A DNA stretch of 38,037 nt, from the IMG/VR virus record IMGVR_UViG_3300031228_000018, positions 1 to 38,037 of that record; one strand, 5' to 3'. Made by a program: the position numbers and the translations under genes. Shown here piece by piece: positions 27,303 through 35,275 of this stretch. Below the pieces are notes generated by a model that was not told the DNA's origin, searched no databases, and saw nothing but the letters and a program-made list of their open reading frames with translations. Source of the DNA: a virus (lineage: Duplodnaviria > Caudoviricetes). Positions within the stretch are counted from its first letter, which is position 1. Every line of letters begins with the position of its first letter.

Positions 27303-27655
27303 TCCCGACCCTCAAGCCGATAGTCTGGGCCGCCATCGTTGTGGCCCTGCTGCTTGGCCTGTGGCTTGGTTACAGGGCGCTGACGGCAGATTCCCGAACA
27401 GAGGCCCGCCTAGCCCGCAATCAGGCTGAGAGCGCCTTAGAATCGGGCAGGGACGCGGTCGATACTGTCGGGAAGGCCAGTGACCGCGAGGCCGCCAGCG
27501 ACGCACTGACGCGCGACAACGATAGGAGCATACGCGATGCCGAAGGTGCCGACGATGAAGTGGGCTCTGCTGTCAACGACGCTGGCCTGCGCAGCTTGTG
27601 TCGCAGGAGGGCCTATCGTAGCGACCCCCGGTGCGTGCAGTTCGCTAATCCCTGA
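27299..27655 (+). CDS. Inner-membrane spanin (Rz-like)
   Basis: N-terminal TM, Ala-rich helical periplasmic region, C-terminal cysteines; overlaps a lipoprotein ORF. Confidence 0.75.
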   Translation: MIPTLKPIVWAAIVVALLLGLWLGYRALTADSRTEARLARNQAESALESGRDAVDTVGKASDREAASDALTRDNDRSIRDAEGADDEVGSAVNDAGLRSLCRRRAYRSDPRCVQFANP

Positions 27656-27857
27656 TGGATGGCGCTTGGGAGTGGAAGGTGCAGAGTTTCCCGCTGGGTC
27701 CACCGTGGGCGATTGGATCGCCTTCGCCGATGCTCAGACCGGACGGCTCGACGTCGCCAACGGGCGCACGGCGGACAGTATCGCGATCATCGAGCGGTGC
27801 GAAGAGCGGGACAAGCAGGCCGTGAAGGCAAGCCGCAGGGGCTTCCTCGGGCTCTAA
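27555..27857 (+). CDS. Outer-membrane spanin lipoprotein (Rz1-like)
   Basis: MKWALLSTTLACAAC lipobox-like signal, overlapping the Rz-like gene in another frame. Confidence 0.72.
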   Translation: MKWALLSTTLACAACVAGGPIVATPGACSSLIPDGWRLGVEGAEFPAGSTVGDWIAFADAQTGRLDVANGRTADSIAIIERCEERDKQAVKASRRGFLGL

Positions 27858-28033
27858 CCCCGCCGATCAACCTCGCTGTCGAGCACCATGCACCCGTCGC
27901 CCATCATCGCCTCAAGCCGGCGCCTGAGATCGGCCAGCTCGGCGATGTCGCGGCATCCCTCGGCCGAGCGCCGCGAGCCGGGCACTTCCTCGCCGGTTTC
28001 GTCCACGATGTAGAGGTAGCCGGATAGTTTCAT
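27854..28033 (-). CDS. Hypothetical protein
   Basis: MKLSGYLYIVDETGEEVPGSRR...; TAATG-coupled; last gene of the leftward operon. Confidence 0.65.
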   Translation of the reverse strand: MKLSGYLYIVDETGEEVPGSRRSAEGCRDIAELADLRRRLEAMMGDGCMVLDSEVDRRG

Positions 28034-28236
28034 TACGGGGCGCGGCGGGCCGATGCCTCGACCACCCGCTGCATCTGCGCCCTGGAAATGCCGGTGATGG
28101 TTTCCCATTCCGTAGGCCGCCAGAACGCCCACCACGGCTTCGGCTTCGGCGCCTGATACACCGGCACGGCCTCGGGGTCTCCGCTATAAGAGGCGCTCCA
28201 GATAGCCACCCGCGCACGTTCTTTCCAATCCATCAT
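28033..28236 (-). CDS. Hypothetical protein
   Basis: GAGGAG ribosome-binding site; KPKPWWAFWR motif. Confidence 0.65.
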   Translation of the reverse strand: MMDWKERARVAIWSASYSGDPEAVPVYQAPKPKPWWAFWRPTEWETITGISRAQMQRVVEASARRAP

Positions 28237-28243
28237 CAACTCC

Positions 28244-28321
28244 TCACACGCTTACGATAATCACAGCGGCCAGAATAGCCAGCGCGCCCCAAAAGCCAAT
28301 CTGGAAGCGGCGCTCGCTCAT
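28244..28321 (-). CDS. Very small membrane peptide (25 aa)
   Basis: AGGAG upstream; MSERRFQIGFWGALAILAAVIIVSV*. Confidence 0.45.
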   Translation of the reverse strand: MSERRFQIGFWGALAILAAVIIVSV

Positions 28322-28393
28322 TCCATTACTCCTGCACTGGGGGAGGGGGTAGGTTAGCCATCTGCCTCGATTGACGAAAGCGGGCGGGGGCTG

Positions 28394-28786
28394 TCATGGC
28401 GTGGCGTTCATCCGGTTGAACGCTTCAGTCATGCCCTTAAGGGCCTCAAGGTCCGCCAGGCGCTTTTCTTCGTTCGCTATCTCGTCGGCAATGCGTTGGC
28501 AAATTCGGCCGCCCTTAGTGTCGCGCTTGAACACCACAACCTGCCCCGCCATCAGGTGATAACGCCAGCCCTCCATGCGGAATGAGACGCCACTGTCCTT
28601 GTGCGAACAAGTGACGCCATGACGCTCCCATGCCCACGTTTCCAGCGCCAGTTCGCGGAGCATGTCGAGCAGTATCTTGCGCTCGCGTGTGTTGCGTTCA
28701 ACCAGCCACGGCATCTCGATAAAGATGAAGGCAATCACCAGAAGCCATACAGGCGTGGTCATTATCAGGATTCCCCACCACGGCAT
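28394..28786 (-). CDS. Membrane-anchored hypothetical protein
   Basis: MPWWGILIMTTPVWLLVIAFIFI TM segment followed by a soluble domain. Confidence 0.7.
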   Translation of the reverse strand: MPWWGILIMTTPVWLLVIAFIFIEMPWLVERNTRERKILLDMLRELALETWAWERHGVTCSHKDSGVSFRMEGWRYHLMAGQVVVFKRDTKGGRICQRIADEIANEEKRLADLEALKGMTEAFNRMNATP

Positions 28787-28798
28787 CAGATGGCGCCC

Positions 28799-28882
28799 GC
28801 GATAGCGATGGAAGCGGCGAAGCCGACGAGACACGTAGTGGCTCGGCCCGAAGGGCGACAGCGCGGGCCGTAAGGCATCGCC
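28799..28882 (+). repeat. Structured dispersed element, copy B
   Basis: GCGAT-A-GCGATG-GAAG-CGGC(GAA)GCCG-A-CGAGAC-AC(GTA)GT-GGCTCG-GCCC(GAA)GGGC-GA-CAGCGC-GG-GCC(GTAA)GGC-ATCGC-C. Confidence 0.9.
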
Positions 28883-28903
28883 AAAACCTCTCCTAAACCC
28901 TTA

Positions 28904-29647
28904 TTATTCATGGTCCTCATCCCCCTCAGGAGCGGCGGAGAGCGCACGGATGGCGGCGGCGATGCTAATCGGATGCCGCTTGTGATTGCTTACCAGGAAG
29001 ATCGCTGTTCTCTCTGCCACTTTCGCAGCCGCTTCGACCCCCTCCCTCCACCCCTGTTGGGCGGGGAGCGTGGCAAGGGCGGCGCGGGCGAGAGTTCGCG
29101 ACCTATCTCGACCATCAAAACCTCCTGGGTTTCGTTCGACGTTACGAGCCCAATCATCCCATGAAGTGCCGCCCGGATACTCCACGCTCCACAGCGCCTT
29201 CGCCGCCCGCTCAACAAGCGCGTCGTCGGCCACCGCTTCCACCTGTCCCTCACTGGCTGGGACAGATGTGCGGAGGGCGGCGGAATTGTGTTCGCGCATC
29301 GATTTAACGAAGGCCTCGCTCCCGTTTTGAACAGTTTCCGGGTCAACATTGAGGCCGTGAGCAAACGCCCGCAAAAGGCTTGCTCCGATGTGAGTTAGCC
29401 GCTCCAACTCCCCCGCGAGGGTATGTCCCTCATCACCGGGGGGAGAGGATGCGCGGGTGTTCCATGCGGCGCCGGCTTCGGCTTCCTTCGCCATCCGAGC
29501 GCGAGCGTGAGCCTTGCAGACAGAGCAGCGAACCTGCCAGCGCTCGTAAGGCCAATCCCACGAGCGCATTTCTGCCGATCCACCGCAGAACGGGCAGGAT
29601 AGCAGGCCATATCTGTGGGCCACCATGTCAGGGGTGTTAGCGGTCAT
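28904..29647 (-). CDS. Lar-family (restriction alleviation) zinc-finger domain protein with mosaic C-terminus
   Basis: LLSCPFCGG...VRCSVC...AAWNTRA. Confidence 0.75.
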   Translation of the reverse strand: MTANTPDMVAHRYGLLSCPFCGGSAEMRSWDWPYERWQVRCSVCKAHARARMAKEAEAGAAWNTRASSPPGDEGHTLAGELERLTHIGASLLRAFAHGLNVDPETVQNGSEAFVKSMREHNSAALRTSVPASEGQVEAVADDALVERAAKALWSVEYPGGTSWDDWARNVERNPGGFDGRDRSRTLARAALATLPAQQGWREGVEAAAKVAERTAIFLVSNHKRHPISIAAAIRALSAAPEGDEDHE

Positions 29648-29828
29648 GGGCGGGGCCTTTGATAGCGACGATCAGAGCCCCATCGCGCGTCAGGTTTGCG
29701 GGGTTTTCGCAGGGCCACGAGACGGCCTCGGCGGGTAGGTTCTCGGCCCCGCACTTGAAGCAAGTGCCGATGAACTTTTGGCCTTTGCCTTTGGGGCTTG
29801 TGCGAGAGAGCGCATGTGTATCAACCAC
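29637..29828 (-). CDS. Small Cys-containing hypothetical protein
   Basis: HALSRTSPKGKGQKFIGTCFKCGAENL...PCEN. Confidence 0.65.
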   Translation of the reverse strand: MVDTHALSRTSPKGKGQKFIGTCFKCGAENLPAEAVSWPCENPANLTRDGALIVAIKGPAHDR

Positions 29829-30051
29829 GATCAGCCTCCTGTGATGCGAGGATGCGGCACTCACGAAGGACCTCAACTCCAAGATCGTTCGGAAGGCACC
29901 AAAACGGGATCAGCTTGCCGCCGTTAGGTTCCGGCTCGATGTGCCAAAGCTCAACCGGCGTTTCATCCCAGCGATAGGCAATGACCGCTTCACGCTGCGC
30001 CTCACTCAGCCCCTTGGCGATCATTTCAGCGCGGGTGTCGGGTGGGGTCAT
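29821..30051 (-). CDS. Hypothetical protein
   Basis: MTPPDTRAEMIAKGLSEAQREA...; ATGA-coupled. Confidence 0.65.
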   Translation of the reverse strand: MTPPDTRAEMIAKGLSEAQREAVIAYRWDETPVELWHIEPEPNGGKLIPFWCLPNDLGVEVLRECRILASQEADRG

Positions 30052-30319
30052 GGCTCGATAACCTCCGCCCCACACCGGGGGCAGTTTTCCAACTTGCGAC
30101 TGTATTGGAGCCTGTTGACCGCGCAGCCGCAGCAGTCGGTAAAGCGTGTGCTGTTGTTTGGTCCCGAAACGTGCGTCTGTGTGGGAACGGGGGGTTTGGT
30201 CTGCTTTGGCCCGAAGTTCGAAGCGCCTTCAGACAGGGTGCTTCCGCGCCATGGTTCACTCATCACTTCTCTCCCTTCACGGTGCGCCATTGGGCAGGCG
30301 GGTGTCGGGTGGGGTCATG
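30031..30319. repeat. 22-bp direct repeat R2 (30031-30052 and 30298-30319)
   Basis: gcgggtgtcgggtggggtcatg occurs twice. Confidence 0.9.
30048..30263 (-). CDS. Small zinc-ribbon protein
   Basis: FTDCCGCAV...CPRCGAEV. Confidence 0.65.
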   Translation of the reverse strand: MSEPWRGSTLSEGASNFGPKQTKPPVPTQTHVSGPNNSTRFTDCCGCAVNRLQYSRKLENCPRCGAEVIEP

Positions 30320-30528
30320 CCCACCTCCCGTCACGTTTTGCTTGGGCTATCCGCGCCTTCACGTCGCGGCGGCCAACCTCAATGCAGTCGCAAATCACCG
30401 ACGCTTGGTAGTAGCTTGCGGGATGAGGCGGCACCCAAAGCGGCCCGCCACACGCCGGGCACTTCGGGTCGGCAGTTGCCATCAGGTCGCTCACACTCCC
30501 TCTCCCTTCACGGTGCGCCATTGGGCAG
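30269..30528. repeat. 29-bp direct repeat R1 (30269-30297 and 30500-30528)
   Basis: ctctcccttcacggtgcgccattgggcag occurs twice. Confidence 0.9.
30315..30494 (-). CDS. Small zinc-ribbon protein
   Basis: CPACGG...ICDC; GTGA-coupled. Confidence 0.65.
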   Translation of the reverse strand: MSDLMATADPKCPACGGPLWVPPHPASYYQASVICDCIEVGRRDVKARIAQAKRDGRWA

Positions 30529-30922
30529 CGGCGGCCTCTATTTCATCAACATCGACCACAAGCCCGCCTGAAATGCGCCCGAAGATCACCGCCATCGCGT
30601 CCCCTGCTGCGAGTAGGCGGGCCTCGTCATTTTCGACACCCGCCAAAGTGTCCACTGTTTGATGCAACTGTTCTCTGAGTTCGTCACGCTCTGCGAGTAG
30701 GTGGGCGATCATGTCGAGAAGTTCGGGAGCCGCTGAGATTAGGAGGGCGTCCGGCTCGCCGTCCTCGCTGTCGGCCCACGCCATTTCGGCGATGTGCTTG
30801 CGCGGGTTGCCATTGTCGTCTCGGGTCAGAATGACCATCGTGCCATCCGGGCGCTTCACGATTGACCACGGCCCCGGTGTGTGGCCCCGCAGCCGCTCGA
30901 TCAGGTCTGCTGGTTCGGTCAT
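30491..30922 (-). CDS. Hypothetical phage protein (HTPGPW family)
   Basis: GHTPGPW...DALLISAAPELL motif. Confidence 0.75.
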   Translation of the reverse strand: MTEPADLIERLRGHTPGPWSIVKRPDGTMVILTRDDNGNPRKHIAEMAWADSEDGEPDALLISAAPELLDMIAHLLAERDELREQLHQTVDTLAGVENDEARLLAAGDAMAVIFGRISGGLVVDVDEIEAAAAQWRTVKGEGV

Positions 30923-31227
30923 GCGGAAGGGCCTTGGGCGATGCCGCTTTCAGCGGCCCGCGCTCTATCGGCTTCGCCGACGGAGCCTGTAGTCTCCGCC
31001 CCTACGGGGTAACGATCGCTATCGCGGAGAGCTGCGGCAGCCTTCTGCGCCCTTTGGATGTCATCGCAGAGCCGCCACCACGCATAAGCGCCCGGCTTAA
31101 CCCAGCTTCGCAGTGCGCGCAGATAAAGGCATTGTGCTACCGCATGACCGCGCGGGGTGTCGCTGAGTTCGCGACCGAAGCCGAATAGAGCTCCGACTCG
31201 CTGCTGTTCGTTGGTCAGGTCGGTCAT
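30919..31227 (-). CDS. Hypothetical protein whose C-terminus is encoded by element copy C
   Basis: ATGA-coupled at both ends; ends RDSDRYPVGAETTGSVGEADRARAAESGIAQGPSA. Confidence 0.65.
   Translation of the reverse strand: MTDLTNEQQRVGALFGFGRELSDTPRGHAVAQCLYLRALRSWVKPGAYAWWRLCDDIQRAQKAAAALRDSDRYPVGAETTGSVGEADRARAAESGIAQGPSA
30936..31025 (-). repeat. Structured dispersed element, copy C
   Basis: Minus strand: GCGAT-A-GCGATC-GTTA-CCCC(GTA)GGGG-CGGAGAC(TACA)GGCTCCG-TCGGC(GAA)GCCGA-TA-GAGCGC-GG-GCCGC(TGAAA)GCGGC-ATCGC-CC. Confidence 0.9.
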
Positions 31228-31616
31228 GCGGCTTGGCTCCTGGGTTCGGACCACACGACGCCATTCTCAGCGCCGTACTTGTAAAGCAGTTCGAGCAGCC
31301 CGGCGAATTGCTCCACCGTCAGTTCAGACGAGCGGTGCCCCACGGGGAACATGCCCTGGCCCTCAAGCTTGGGCAGGAAGCGCAGTTCAGAGCCGAGGGC
31401 GTCCATGAATCGCAGCTTGGCGTCTTCGGCGCTGTAGGGCGCCATATCGGGCACCTGGCGCTGTATATCGGCGATCATCGGCCAGAGCTTGCGGTTCTGC
31501 GCATCCCGGCGCGTTTCCTTCGCCAGCTTCATGACGTGATCGGCCGGCGCGTTGTCGATCAGACGCTTGGCGTAATCGCGCTGCGTCGGGCCAATGAGGC
31601 GAACGGTGGCGCTCAC
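31224..31616 (-). CDS. ninB: NinB/Orf family recombination protein
   Basis: RRDAQNRKLWPMIADI...G.RSSELTVEQFAGLLELLYKYGAENGVVWSE. Confidence 0.88.
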   Translation of the reverse strand: MSATVRLIGPTQRDYAKRLIDNAPADHVMKLAKETRRDAQNRKLWPMIADIQRQVPDMAPYSAEDAKLRFMDALGSELRFLPKLEGQGMFPVGHRSSELTVEQFAGLLELLYKYGAENGVVWSEPRSQAA

Positions 31617-31930
31617 AGCACGTTGGCCTTGATCGCCGCAGCCCGGCATAGCCACGCCTCGGCAGCAAAATCCACGTCGCTGAACAGGCTTTCCTTGCCC
31701 ATCGCGTGAAGCGCCCGGTGGCAGTGGTCGGTCATCGGAACCACGAACTCGTGATCGCGCCGCCAGCGCTGCGCGGGGTGGCGGGTGAGCGGATGATGCA
31801 CCACCGTTGACGCCTCGCCGCAGCCGCACGCGCAGGGATGCTGGGCCATCAGCAACAGGTGATACTCGCGCTCCCGCTTGGTCGGGACCGGGTTGTATTT
31901 CGCCTTGATGTGGCCGGTTGGCGCGTTCAT
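31613..31930 (-). CDS. HNH-like zinc-binding protein (DUF968/Ref-like)
   Basis: PCACGCG...VVHH...RDHEFVVPMTDHCHRALH. Confidence 0.65.
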   Translation of the reverse strand: MNAPTGHIKAKYNPVPTKREREYHLLLMAQHPCACGCGEASTVVHHPLTRHPAQRWRRDHEFVVPMTDHCHRALHAMGKESLFSDVDFAAEAWLCRAAAIKANVL

Positions 31931-32091
31931 GTGTGCATCCGCCGCCAATAGCTGCGAGCGGCTGCGCGGTTGCACTCGCGGCAGTAGCGCCAGCCCTCGC
32001 CGTTCAGGAGGGTGTTCTCTGGCGTGTAGGCATGGCCTCGGCAGCAATGCGTCGTGGCCGCTCGCCGCCAGTTCTTGCCGGCGCGGGTCAT
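31927..32091 (-). CDS. Stand-alone small zinc-binding domain protein (54 aa)
   Basis: THCCRGHAYTPENT...RYCRECNR; ATGA-coupled to the next gene; not in the supplied ORF track. Confidence 0.75.
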   Translation of the reverse strand: MTRAGKNWRRAATTHCCRGHAYTPENTLLNGEGWRYCRECNRAAARSYWRRMHT

Positions 32092-32131
32092 TGCGCCCTG
32101 TCGCTATAGGTGAGGAAGCGAGGGAGGGGCA

Positions 32132-32758
32132 CTATGCCGCCTCCCTCAGGTAGCGGCTCTCCAGGTCCGCCACGGTTGCAGCGACTTCGGCGAGGAACTT
32201 GCGAACCTCGCCTTCGATTTCGTCAATCAGTGCGTCGTCGCGCTGAACGCGCTCGACGTGCAACTGCATTTCAAGCGGGAGACGCGGATCGAAGCTGGCG
32301 AAGTCGCACCACTGGCGTTCGGTGCAGGCGATTTGCCACTGCATTTGCAGGAGATACTTGCGGTCGATCCCCGCGCCGGTGAGGGTGGCGATATGGGTTG
32401 CCGAGTTCGGGCACTTCACCTCTAGCAGCCCCAGGCCGCCCACAAGGCCGTCAGGAGACGCGCCGGACATGACGATGGACGGGTGCGGGTGAAAGCCCGT
32501 TTCCTCGACCTCGACCCCGGCGTTGAACGAATACATGGCGCGCGCTTGCGGCTCGGTTTCAGTGCCCCACTGCATCGCCGCGTTGCTGAAGCTTTCGGCC
32601 ACGGTGCCGGTCAGGCGTTCGGTAACGAGCTGGGCATGATAGTTCGCCCGGTCGGCCCCGTAGCCGGTCTTGGTTTTCGCCATCACCTTGTGGATGCACG
32701 AAGCCGTGACCTTGCCGAGCCTTTCGGCGAACCATTCTGGCGAGCGCTGGTCAACCAT
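32132..32758 (-). CDS. YqaJ/lambda-exonuclease family protein
   Basis: QRSPEWFAERLGKVTAS, AMQWGTETEP, GASPDGLV, EVKCP, QMQWQ. Confidence 0.95.
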   Translation of the reverse strand: MVDQRSPEWFAERLGKVTASCIHKVMAKTKTGYGADRANYHAQLVTERLTGTVAESFSNAAMQWGTETEPQARAMYSFNAGVEVEETGFHPHPSIVMSGASPDGLVGGLGLLEVKCPNSATHIATLTGAGIDRKYLLQMQWQIACTERQWCDFASFDPRLPLEMQLHVERVQRDDALIDEIEGEVRKFLAEVAATVADLESRYLREAA

Positions 32759-33536
32759 TGGCCACCGCCTTTGCGTTCGTCTCAGCTTTAGCCGCTTCAG
32801 CGACTTGATCCTTCAGCCGATTGAGCGCGGCCTTCGCCTGCGTTGCCGTCAGGTCGGGGATCGCGTCCACCTTGTAGGCGGCGAGCAAGGCGGACAGCTT
32901 GTTCCCGCCGAGCGCTTGGCAATACTGCTGGACCAGGACGACATCGGCATCCGAGATTAGCTCCGGGGCTTTCTGCTGGCGCCCTACGTTGCCGTCGTCA
33001 TCCTCTTCGCCCACCGCGACGTTCCAGATGCCCTTAAGCAGGTAGCGCGCGCCGTAGGAGCCTGCGGCCCCGGCGGCGTGCGTCTTGGTCATCACGTCGC
33101 CGCCCTTCGCGCCCTTGCCGTCGGCCGGCATGTCGCGGTGATAGGTGCGGGTGTGGCCGCTGACGTGCGACAGGTAGCACAGCACGCGGACGTGCTCGGG
33201 CTTCGGGGAATCGCCTTCGTCAAAGCTATGCGAGAAGCCGTGCGCCGTGTAGATTGGGCGCAGCACCCTATCGAGCTTGTCGAAGGTCGCGTAGCGGCTC
33301 CGGGTTTGCGGGTTGGAAGCGTTCGCCGCGATGGGCCGCATTTCAGCCTGCGCCGCGTTCATCGCGATGTTGAAAGCCATCTCGGCATCGCGAGCCTGAA
33401 TGCGCTCTTGCATCGCGATCAGCCGCTCCATCTTATCGATGTCAACGGCGGGATCGCTGGCAGCTCGGGCAATAACCTCCATGAGGCTAGAACCGAACTG
33501 GACGGGCGGTTCTTCAATCTTGGCAACGGCGCTCAC
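32751..33536 (-). CDS. erf: ERF family single-strand annealing protein
   Basis: DIDKMERL, SRYATFD, GAAGSYGARYLL, EEDDDG motifs; GTG start at 33536. Confidence 0.88.
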   Translation of the reverse strand: MSAVAKIEEPPVQFGSSLMEVIARAASDPAVDIDKMERLIAMQERIQARDAEMAFNIAMNAAQAEMRPIAANASNPQTRSRYATFDKLDRVLRPIYTAHGFSHSFDEGDSPKPEHVRVLCYLSHVSGHTRTYHRDMPADGKGAKGGDVMTKTHAAGAAGSYGARYLLKGIWNVAVGEEDDDGNVGRQQKAPELISDADVVLVQQYCQALGGNKLSALLAAYKVDAIPDLTATQAKAALNRLKDQVAEAAKAETNAKAVANG

Positions 33537-33676
33537 CGCTTGTCTCCCTTGTTCGAGGACTGTTTTCTTGTGTGGAAGAGCTTCCAGAACTGGCGGTCCA
33601 GCTCGGCCATCGGGAGGATGCCTAGGCGCTGCTCCGTGGGGTTCGAGGATGCGAAGATGCGCGGAGAGGTTTTCAT
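33533..33676 (-). CDS. Small hypothetical protein (47 aa)
   Basis: Coupled at both ends; MKTSPRIFASSNP...GILPMAE. Confidence 0.55.
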   Translation of the reverse strand: MKTSPRIFASSNPTEQRLGILPMAELDRQFWKLFHTRKQSSNKGDKR

Positions 33677-34068
33677 GACGCATTCCCTTCGGGAACCGCG
33701 CTCTCGTGAACGGAACCCGTGCCGGTTTCCGCCCTGCGGGCTTCGATCGCTTGCGCGGCAGGCCAGTGCTTGCCGTTCTCAATTTGCTCGGAAACCCAGC
33801 GGATCGCGCCATTCCGAGCATCGTCGTGTTCCTCGTCGTGCGGGTTCCAACCAGAGTAGGACGGTTCCAGTTCGCGCAGCCAAGTGGCGATGGCCTTCTC
33901 GCGCCGGTTCACATATCCCGCGCTCGCCATCCCAAGACTGCAAACACCGCAGGGCATACCCGCACCACAGTCGCAGGCGTCGTCGCGGTTGGAAGTGCCA
34001 TCCCAAGGGCGATCGGCGTGGTTCTCACAGACCCACCCTTCGCCGCCGCAGTTGAGACATTCCGTCAT
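33673..34068 (-). CDS. Cys-rich protein whose C-terminus is encoded by element copy D
   Basis: CLNCGGEGWVCENHADRPW...CDCGAGMPCGVC; ends AQAIEARRAETGTGSVHESAVPEGNAS. Confidence 0.75.
   Translation of the reverse strand: MTECLNCGGEGWVCENHADRPWDGTSNRDDACDCGAGMPCGVCSLGMASAGYVNRREKAIATWLRELEPSYSGWNPHDEEHDDARNGAIRWVSEQIENGKHWPAAQAIEARRAETGTGSVHESAVPEGNAS
33677..33756 (-). repeat. Structured dispersed element, copy D
   Basis: Minus strand: GCGCA-A-GCGATC-GAAG-CCC(GCA)GGG-CGGAAAC-CG(GCA)CG-GGTTCCG-TTCACGA-GAGCGC-GG-TTCCC(GAA)GGGAA-TGCGT-C. Confidence 0.88.
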
Positions 34069-34265
34069 GCTGACACCTGCGCATCGAGTACGGCTTCAGC
34101 CAATTTGCGGAAGTCGTCCCAAGTCATCGTGGCAGTGCATGGCAGGCGAAGGCGGCAAATGGCGGCTGCGCCAGCCTCGATCTGCGCATCGCGGAACATG
34201 CCGTCCAACGCGGCCTTCTCGCGCTCGATCTGTTCCCAAGCGAGTTCGGATTTTACGCGGCCCAT
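34065..34265 (-). CDS. Hypothetical protein
   Basis: AGGAG ribosome-binding site; MGRVKSELAWEQ... Confidence 0.65.
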   Translation of the reverse strand: MGRVKSELAWEQIEREKAALDGMFRDAQIEAGAAAICRLRLPCTATMTWDDFRKLAEAVLDAQVSA

Positions 34266-34462
34266 CAGCGTTCTCCTGCGATAGTGGATCGAAGCCCGTC
34301 AGGGCCAAGACCCGAAGGGGCTTGGTTCACGAGAGCCACGGTGGCGCCGAAGGCGGCAATCGCCCAAACGACGATGACAGCAGCCCTCAAAGCTTCCTCC
34401 ACCTCCCTAGCCAAAGCCCATCCCCCATACTCAAGACGAAAGGCGGTTATGGTGCGGATCAT
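34265..34462 (-). CDS. Small hypothetical protein reading through element copy E in antisense
   Basis: Coupled at both ends (ATGA and TGATG). Confidence 0.55.
   Translation of the reverse strand: MIRTITAFRLEYGGWALAREVEEALRAAVIVVWAIAAFGATVALVNQAPSGLGPDGLRSTIAGER
34278..34365 (+). repeat. Structured dispersed element, copy E
   Basis: GCGAT-A-GTGGATC-GAAG-CCC(GTCA)GGG-CCAAGAC-CC(GAA)GG-GGCTTGG-TTCACGA-GAGCCAC-GG-TGGCGCC(GAA)GGCGGCA-ATCGC-CC. Confidence 0.88.
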
Positions 34463-34842
34463 TTCGCCAGCTCCATTCCACGCTTGAGGGCGGCGAGGGC
34501 GATCTTCACTTCGGGCGTGCTGTCGTTCTGGCCAGATTGCAGCATTCGGTCAGTTGCCGCCGACCAGTGGACTGTGCATTCGACCAGCTTCCGCGCCTCG
34601 ATCAGCAGCGGGTCCACCGGATCGGGGAGGATGAAGGCGTAGAGCTTTGCCCACTCTTTCGAGCTGTCGCCGTAGTGGCGGGCGTGTTCCTTCGCCGCAT
34701 CGGATACATCCTGGATGAAATGAGAGAATGCATTCAGGACGAGATCGCCACGAATGAAATCGCTGGTCGAAACCGGCTCACGGCATTCTGCATCTAGCAG
34801 CTCACACGCCTTCGCCATCGCCGCCTCTGAAACCTCAGCCAT
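34459..34842 (-). CDS. Hypothetical protein
   Basis: FILPDPVDPLLIEAR...ALAALKRGMEL; coupled to its neighbours. Confidence 0.7.
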   Translation of the reverse strand: MAEVSEAAMAKACELLDAECREPVSTSDFIRGDLVLNAFSHFIQDVSDAAKEHARHYGDSSKEWAKLYAFILPDPVDPLLIEARKLVECTVHWSAATDRMLQSGQNDSTPEVKIALAALKRGMELAK

Positions 34843-35006
34843 CACGAATGCTCCTCAAGAAATGCAGCGACACGATCACCCGATGCCTTGAGGTCAGCCT
34901 TGTGCTGTTCATGGCGGGATTGGAGATCGGCCAGGCACAGGTCATGGGCTGTAAGCCATGTGTTCAGGGCGGCATCGAAGGTGTCGAGGCGGGGACGGTA
35001 GGTCAA
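34842..35006 (-). CDS. Small hypothetical protein (54 aa)
   Basis: TTG start in a TTGA overlap; MTYRPRLDTFDAALNTWL...FLEEHS*. Confidence 0.55.
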   Translation of the reverse strand: MTYRPRLDTFDAALNTWLTAHDLCLADLQSRHEQHKADLKASGDRVAAFLEEHS

Positions 35007-35275
35007 AGCCGGTTCTCCCGATTGAACTTGCGATGACCCTTTGCCAGCCCGAGCATCTCGTCATCGGACAGCAGCACGCGGGCCACGTCATCGGCGGGCG
35101 TCTCTGCCGGGCGGGAAAGGGCCTCTGCCCATACCTTCGCGGTTTCGGCGGGATCGCCATCAACCAGCTTGGCAAGGCGCTGGCACCGTTCGGCGGGCCA
35201 TTGCGTGCGGAAGCGGGCGAGCGCTTCCTCGGCGGCATCCTCGCGATTGAGGGGAATGCGAACGGGTATACTCAT
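35003..35275 (-). CDS. Hypothetical protein
   Basis: 90 aa ORF coupled to its neighbours. Confidence 0.65.
   Translation of the reverse strand: MSIPVRIPLNREDAAEEALARFRTQWPAERCQRLAKLVDGDPAETAKVWAEALSRPAETPADDVARVLLSDDEMLGLAKGHRKFNRENRL

Noticed and set aside
33677-33756. Reading the hairpins as RNA UUCG/UNCG tetraloops on the opposite strand
   Set aside because: This works only for homopolymer stems; mixed stems such as TCAGCC-GAA-GGCTGA and CGGC-GAA-GCCG need a 3-nt loop, and the conserved A-G mismatches would become C-T. RNA function is disfavoured but not excluded.
33537-33821. Extended N-terminus of ERF (start at 33821)
   Set aside because: It overlaps two coupled upstream genes and element D; GTG 33536 has a ribosome-binding site and a GTGA overlap.
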